Position numbers and translations under genes: made by a program
In this document: piece after piece, positions 56,515 to 64,000 of the stretch
Numbering within the stretch: position 1 is the first letter of the stretch
How the letters are laid out: every line of letters starts with the position of its first letter
Source: the human T2T-CHM13v2.0 reference genome, Homo sapiens
DNA length: 64,000 nucleotides
NCBI RefSeq assembly: GCF_009914755.1
Contig: NC_060942.1
Reading direction: 5' to 3' (one strand)
Notes under the pieces: generated by a model
The model's input: only the letters and a program-made list of their open reading frames with translations
The model's database searches: none
What the model was told of the DNA's origin: nothing

Positions 56515-56921
56515 GGTGAGAAACTAGATGTTTCCCACTAAGATGAAGAATGTGGCAAAGATGTCCCCTCTCACCCCTCCTTTTCAACATCATGCTGCAA
56601 ATCCTAGCTAATGCAACAAGAGAAGAGGGAAAAATAAAAAAGATATACAGATTGAGAAGGAAAAAATAAAATTGTCATTGTTCACAGATGATGTGATTGT
56701 CTCTGTAGAAAATTAAAAAAAAATTAATAAAAATACATCCTGGAACTAATAAGCAATTGTAGCAGGATGGCAGGATACTAGGTTAATATATAAAAGTCAT
56801 TCAATCACTTTCTTATATACCAGCAATGAACAATTGGAATTCAAAATTAAAAACACAGTGCCATTTACATTAGCAGCCCCCCAAATGAAATACTTAGGTT
56901 TAAATGTAACAAAATATGCAA
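56515..56921 (+). mobile_element. L1 ORF2 RT-domain fragment
   Basis: Decayed CPLSPLLFNI..LANA and KLSLFTDDVIV motifs. Confidence 0.85.
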
Positions 56922-57009
56922 ATAAAAACCTGCTTTTTTATTGATTAAAAGAAAAAGAAATATTACTGTCATGAGATAATGATTTTTGAGGCTCTAAAGT
57001 TGCACCATG

Positions 57010-57206
57010 GAATGCAGTTGCCACTAGTCATGTGCAATAATTTAAATTTGAATTAATTAAAGTAAAATAAAGGGGAAAATTCAGTTCCTTAGTCATATTA
57101 ACCACTTTCAGGTACTCATAGCCACATGAGGTTAGTGGCTACCGTATCCAACAGTGCAAATGTAAAATGTTTCCGTCATCACAGCAAGTTATGTTGGACA
57201 GTGCTG
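57010..57206. mobile_element. MER3/MER33-like hAT MITE
   Basis: gccactagtcatgtg...gccacatgaggttagtggctaccgtatc...gttggacagtgctg. Confidence 0.75.
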
Positions 57207-57744
57207 TTACAACGCATAAATCCGATGTTACTTACTGTTCATTCTAAATGAAGAAACAGCATTTTGGAAAGCAGAACAAGGTGAGAGTGTGGAGGGAGGT
57301 CTTAGGACTTGCCTTCCCTGAGGGGGTAAGTACAAGCCAGTGAGCGTTTCTCTGGTGCCCAGAGTTTGAGTCTATCCTGATTCAGTCATGACTTACAGCC
57401 TGACTGTGGTTTCATCAGGTTTTCAGCAATTAGCATGAATGCCACCTCACAGTGACATACTACTTTTAAATAAACTTACATTCTGATACTGAGGTTTCTA
57501 GTTTATAAAGTAGCTTCACTTCCATTAATTTACATGATGCACCTTATATTTAGAGGGACTGGGCAGGAAAGGTAATATTATTCCCATTTAAGAACATGAG
57601 ACCATGAATACTCATTAACAGCAGAATAGTTACATACATAATTAAGTAGCCATGAAAAGGATGTATGAGATGGTTACCTGTTGATTTGCTGGGATTTTCC
57701 CAAGGTAATGGTGATTGAGAAAAGCAGGTACAGGAAAGTGTGTA

Positions 57745-58232
57745 TAACACCATGGTGGTTATTGGCATGTTGGCGCTCTGATCCATTCCGCAGCCTTCTG
57801 CTCTCCTCTGTGCTGCAGGGTGGCCGACTCCTGAAGGATGTGTTTTCCAGGCTTCTGTGTCAGTTGGCTACAGTTGAATTCAGCCAATGGGAGTCATTTG
57901 TGGGTTAGAAGCAAGGGAGAAGCCAGGGTATCCACCTCAGGCTGCATCTTTAGGGGTGCTATTTCTTCATGGCTCTGGACAGCTTTGCCATGCTGCCACG
58001 TCTACCAGGTGACCCCAGCTGCTGGGATGAGATAACATTACCTCCTTCTTTTGCACTTCCAGCTAGGGCTGGTAGCAGTTCCCTACTCTTGCGAATCTCT
58101 CAGCTGACTCACTGTTCCATGTTTGGTTTCTTAGCTCTCTCATCACTGGTGTAACCAATAACTTGCATTAAATTCCCTCTGCTTGAATTATCTTAGCGTG
58201 ATTTCTCTTTTCCTGATTGGGTCCTGACTAAA
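57745..58232 (+). mobile_element. LTR33-like ERVL LTR
   Basis: tttccaggcttctgtgtcagttggct...cagccaatgggag...tgtaaccaataacttgcattaaattccctct. Confidence 0.6.
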
Positions 58233-58665
58233 ACAAATATGATCTTCCTGTGTAAACAATGATAACCCATATAAAATGAGACTGTGTGTGGTGTATGTGC
58301 ATGCATATGATTCTGTGAGAATGGGGAAATCATAAAAAGATAAGTACTGGGTCATTAACATGGAATCTAGGGGTGGCTGTGAGTGCCTATTGGGTGGAGG
58401 GAGTGGAAAGGGGGAAGGGTGTAGCTAAGCAAAAAAAGAAAAGAAGACTGCACTAAAAATTCACTATATGATAACATACATGAATTTATGGAAAATCATG
58501 TGTGCTTATGTTTTAGTAAGAGATTTGACAGAACTAGTTGGAGCAGCCTACTGACCTGCGGATAGGTCAGTGAGGGGAGGAGCTAGAACCTGAACCTGGA
58601 TCTTCTGATCGAAATGTGGGTGCCACGTAGTGGCCCAGAACCCAGATTCTGCAGCCAGATTCTGA

Positions 58666-59232
<567 letters not shown>

Positions 59233-60254
59233 TGTTCCCACAGTTTTAATTATTGCATTGTCATTTTGAGGAGCAGGCTGTTGTAAGTTCTGATCAAAGG
59301 ACTCAGCTCAATATAAACAAAATAATGTGCCTTTGCTAGGGGACTGAAAAAAAGAATAAATTGGAATATAAATGATACTTTTGGGAATCTATCTTAGTGA
59401 AATAAAGCGAAGTATGAAACTGTTTTATGTACAAATGTTTATTGCTGCATTTTCATAATAGCCAAAGATTGGGAGCCACTTAAATGTTTTACCATCAGGG
59501 ATTAGTTAAGATAACTGTGAAATATATATTTGATGGAACATCATAAAGTTGCCAATTGCTTAAGAAAGTAAGTAATAACATTTTAAGTACCCATGCCATA
59601 ATGTTATGTGGAAGTATAGAATTTTAAATTATACACATTTTATGATTATATTAAAATAAAATTATTGCATGGAAAAAGGCAAAAATGACAAACACTTTTA
59701 TAATGAAGGGAAAGTACCTTATACAATTTTATATCAAGCAATCAGAGGCTGATCTGAGATGAAGACTTGCTTGTTACTGGCTGTTTGATATTGGCAGTAC
59801 TGTGGTCTCCAGGCCTCCCCGATTTGTATGTCAGCCATCATTTTGGGCTGACAATAGAGGTTGGAGGCTGTACATTGAGCTGTGTGTCTTTCTCATGAAC
59901 TGATATTTCACTGAAATGTGCGTATGCAGAAAGATATCTTTCTGTTTAAGGGAAGGTTGTTCCTAGGTTTGCAAAGTGACCAGGGAAAGTATGGAGGGGG
60001 TGGGAAGAAAATTCCTCATCATCTTGCATCCCTTTTTCTTTGTCCCTGCAGTAAATGTTCATCCCTTAGAATGCCAGTCTAATCAGGTCAGAACCCCCTC
60101 CCAGCGTCAGCAATCTAGATGACCCTGATTAAGCCCAGGGTTACAGCGTCTTGGGGAGACTTAGTGGTTCCCTCTCTCAAAGCACTTTCCATATTTTGCT
60201 TTGCATTTGTGTAATATCTTCACTGTGAGCTTTTGAGGGCAAGGCTATTGTATT

Positions 60255-60620
60255 CTTTTTTTTTTTTTTAAAAAAAGAATCTTTGTTGAGATATAATTCA
60301 TATACCATATATTTCATCTGTTTAACACTTACAATTCAGTCCTATTTAGTATATTCACAGAGTTGTGCAACCATCATTTCTAATTCTGGAACATTTTCAT
60401 CTTCCCAGAAGAAACCCCATACCTATCAGCACTCCCCACTACCCTCTTCTCTTAGTCCCTGACAACCATGCCTCTGCTTTTTGTCTTTAAAGATTTCCCT
60501 ATTGTGAACATTTCAAATAAATGCAATCAGATAATTTGTGGCTTTTTGCATCTGGCTTGTTCATGTTGCAGCATTTATCAGTACTTCATTTCTTCTTATG
60601 GCTGAATAACATTCCATTGC
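60255..60620 (-). mobile_element. L1MB-like 3' end inside L2
   Basis: ctttgttgagatataattcatatacc...agtatattcacagagttgtgcaaccatc. Confidence 0.8.
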
Positions 60621-60969
60621 AGGCTGGAGGATTCTTATCTCTGTACCACAAGCAGCTAGTATAGTGCTGGGTACATAGTAAACATGCATAATAGTTTCTT
60701 AAGTAATAGTTGATTGATAATCATCTTTAAGTAGTCCTCTTTTCAGGCCACCACAGTCAGTTCATCTTTTCTTGAAATATAGCCTTCAAATGTTCTTCTC
60801 TATGCTCGCTGCAAGTATCCCCAATTTAAATAAACCAGATCACTGACTTCTAGTCTTCTCACATTCCAATTTATTCTCTGTTCACTAACAAGATTTAATT
60901 TACCAAATAATGACTTCACATGGTCAGCCTCTTGTACAAAAACATCTAGTAGCTTTCTGTTGTCTACAA

Positions 60970-63510
60970 TTCATTTGGCCATTTATTCAACAAGTATATT
61001 TTGAATGCCTATTACATTCTAGGAACTGGGTTAGGGACTAGGACTTAGCTCTGAGCAACATAAATGTAGTTCCTGGTGCCATGAAACTTATGGTCATTAG
61101 ATGAGTACTCAAATGAATAAATAAATAATTATGAACTATGGAAGTTATATGAAAAAAAGATCATATTTAACTTGGGAGAGGAGAGAGGCCTTCTTTAATG
61201 AAGATGAATTTAGGATTGATCCTGATAAATAGATACTAGCCAGGGGCAGGGTAGAGGGATGTAGGATATAGGAAGACCCAGTATCAGGAATGTGCTAGAT
61301 AGTTTTCAGGAAAGGAAAACAGGCCATTGTGGCATGGGTGAAATGAGTTTTGGCTGGTGAATTAGGCAGGGACCAGATCATGTAACATCTTGTGGGTTTT
61401 TTTAAGGGTTTTGGATTTTATCTCAAGTGCAATAGAAGTCATCAGTGTGTTTTAAACAGGGAAATGTTAAGATTTGATATTTGTTAATTAAAAATGATTC
61501 TAGAGGGTGCAGACAATAGAAGCTAGATTGGAGAGTCTTTAGTAAATAAGGGGAGAGCTGATGGTGGCCACACTAGCAGGGTGGCAACTGGGATGGATGG
61601 GCTAGAGGTTTATATTGAAAGTAAAATCTACAGGATTTGGTCATTGGTTGGATATAAGCACTGAGGGAAAGGAAGGAGCCAAGGATGACTTTCAGGTTTC
61701 TGGCATGAGCTCTGCATGGATTAAAGGGCCTTTACTGAAATGGGAAAGGTTGGAAGAGGAGATAATGGAGGGTTTGGGGCTGGGAGGATCAAGAGATTAG
61801 TGTTGGACACGTTAAGTTTGAAATGCTCCTGAGACATCCCAGGTGGAGATATCAACTAAGCAGTTGGATATTCCCATGTGAAGCCCAGAAGCGAGGTCTT
61901 GGCTGGTGATCAGTACTTGAGAGTCTTTGGCATCTAAAGGGCTAAATCATAGGCACTGTGGAGTGCCTAAGATTGCCAAGAGAGAAAATGATGGGTGAGG
62001 AGTGAAGAGGGCCCAGGTTCCAACCCTGATTCATTCCAGTAATGTTCAGATGGAGGAGGAGAGTCAGGCATACAGACTGAGAAGGAATAGCCAGAAAAGT
62101 AGAAGGGCAGCCAGGAAAGTAAGGTGTGGTGTCACATAAGCTGGGAAAAGATAATTTTTCAAAAAGAAGAACAGAGCTGTGTTGAATGCTGCTGAGAGGG
62201 TTAGTAAGATTTCGTCAGTTGTGTGACTGTTGATGTGTTTGAAAATAGCACGTTTTGTGGAATGCAAGAAATAGGTGATAGATTGGAATAAACTGAAGAG
62301 GAAAAGTAAAATGAAGAATTGGAGACACGATATGCAGAAAATTCTATTGTGTAGGTGGGCTATGAATGTTACGTAGAGAAATAGGGCAATTGTTGGGTTA
62401 GGGAAGGTTTTCAGTTCTTTTTGCCTTGTTTGCTTTTAATTTAAGATGGAAGAGAATAGAGCTTGTTTGGACTCAGAAATAAACTAGGTTGAAGGTCCTT
62501 GAAGGATTTAGAGCCAATATTAATGCTATCATTAACCATGAAAATATTCACACGAAAGTGGACTGGGCCTTTCGACGGGGGAGGGATCATAACAGGAGGA
62601 AGAAAGGAGAAGATGGGTGGGGATATAGGCAGGCTAGGGGACTTAGAGGCGAACAGATGCAGGCATTTCCCTCACGTGGACTTCTGGTTTTATTATGAAG
62701 TAAGAGATGAGAGTCTCTGCAAGTGAAGATTAATTCTGAAATTGATCAGAATTATGAGAGTCAGGAAGAAGGGATGAAGTAATCATTGTGGGAGACAGGA
62801 GAGCAAGCTTATTACAGAGATAATAAGAAAAAATCCGAACTCCTATGCTTGCAATTCACTTGTACGAATGATCCTTATTACATCCCAGGATGAATAAGAC
62901 ATATTTATTTAATTTATTTATTTTTTTGTCCTCAAATTCCTCACTGAGGATACAGCCACAAATATAGCACATAATTTAATTGTGGTTAATGTTGAAACAG
63001 AAGTGTGCAGAGTGGACCCTGGAAGAAAGGAGAAGCATCTAAACCAGTCTGGGCCTCTGCATGGTGTTGGGGATGGCTATGGAAAGTTTCCTAGTGGAGA
63101 AAATATCTGAGTGATTCAAGAATAGAATAGTAAGAGTTATCCAGGCAAAAAGGCCTGGCAAGGTAAAAGAACAGAATGGGCATTAGTGAGAAAGTCTAAC
63201 GGGTTCAATGATGGTAGAGTCTACTGTGAAGGTGGAACAGGTAGAGTGGTAAGCAATGGGGCTGGAGAGTTGCACAGAGACCAGATCTTGGAGGCAGTGA
63301 ATGTGTTAAGGAGCTTAGGTTGCATTCTGTGTGTGTAGTGAGCCAATGCAGGTGTCTGTGTAGGACTGCGGTTGGTTTTGCCTTCTTGATAGATTAGTCT
63401 GGCTATTGCAAAGAGAGATTTGAGGGAGTAAGGGGTGTGACCAAAAGGGAGATCAGTTAGCTAGCTGCAGCAATAGTTCAGAGGAATGGTGGTATCAAAT
63501 GGTGAACTAG
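60970..63510 (-). mobile_element. Fragmented L2 LINE(s)
   Basis: atttattcaacaagtatattttgaatgcct (3' end, antisense); caaggatgactttcaggtttctggc; gttggacacgttaagtttgaaatgc. Confidence 0.7.
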
Positions 63511-63919
63511 ACTGTCCCTACACCTTTGCACACTGCTCCCTTGAGATTAAAAGTGCCAGGCAGGAAGTTCCCGTTGGTCAGATCTGGGGCACAGAGAGAA
63601 AGGTGAATGAGATAACTTGATGCCAGTTTCCTGGGAGAAACTCATCCTCTGCTTTCCTGAGAGCTGTGGTTTTGATTCAGGCTTGCTCTCAAAACCAAGG
63701 CTAGCCTCAAAGTACATGGACTTTCCAATGGATATCTTATGGTCACCAAGCAACCTTGTCCCCTTGAACATATTCTGTTCCTTACTCTTCATCTCCAGTA
63801 AACAGGAAAGCAGCAGCTGCATAAATTCACCCCAGAACATTTAGTGACTTCTTTTTGGAGTATGTGTTTATTTTTCTAAAGAGCTATTGAGTCAGAGATA
63901 GCATGTTTTATTTCTTAAG

Positions 63920-64000
63920 ACTTGGGTTCTGGGCACATCTGCTTCGAGTCTGTGCACCCTTGGGCAAGTTACTTAACTTCTTTAAGCATGAACTTGCTCA
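63920..64000 (+). mobile_element. MIR core (runs off the window edge)
   Basis: ccttgggcaagttacttaacttct. Confidence 0.6.

Overview
Primate (human-like) non-coding genomic DNA, rich in repeats, with no supportable protein-coding gene, RNA gene or CRISPR array. Nearly all ORFs in the track come from Alu, LTR, L1 or simple repeats. The window holds about 14 Alus, old L1/HAL1/L2/L3/MIR fragments, many solo LTRs (MLT1/MST, MLT2, two HERV-H LTR7-family, MER66-like, LTR16/33-like), hAT MITEs, and a MuDR (Ricksha-like) DNA transposon fossil with readable transposase motifs. The most notable structures are: (1) two independently inserted, co-oriented HERV-H solo LTRs (LTR7-type and LTR7Y-type) 1.1 kb apart; (2) a ~108-bp inverted repeat built from ancient MER5-like sequence whose inner 45 bp are perfectly complementary; (3) a 181-bp orphan insertion with retroposition hallmarks; (4) a 40-bp VNTR carrying an E-box and a palindrome in each unit; (5) a 1.3-kb TA-rich expansion inside an MLT2 LTR. 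Subfamily names come from recalled consensus sequences rather than a search, and boundaries of old elements are approximate. I cannot identify the locus and do not claim a demonstrated new system.
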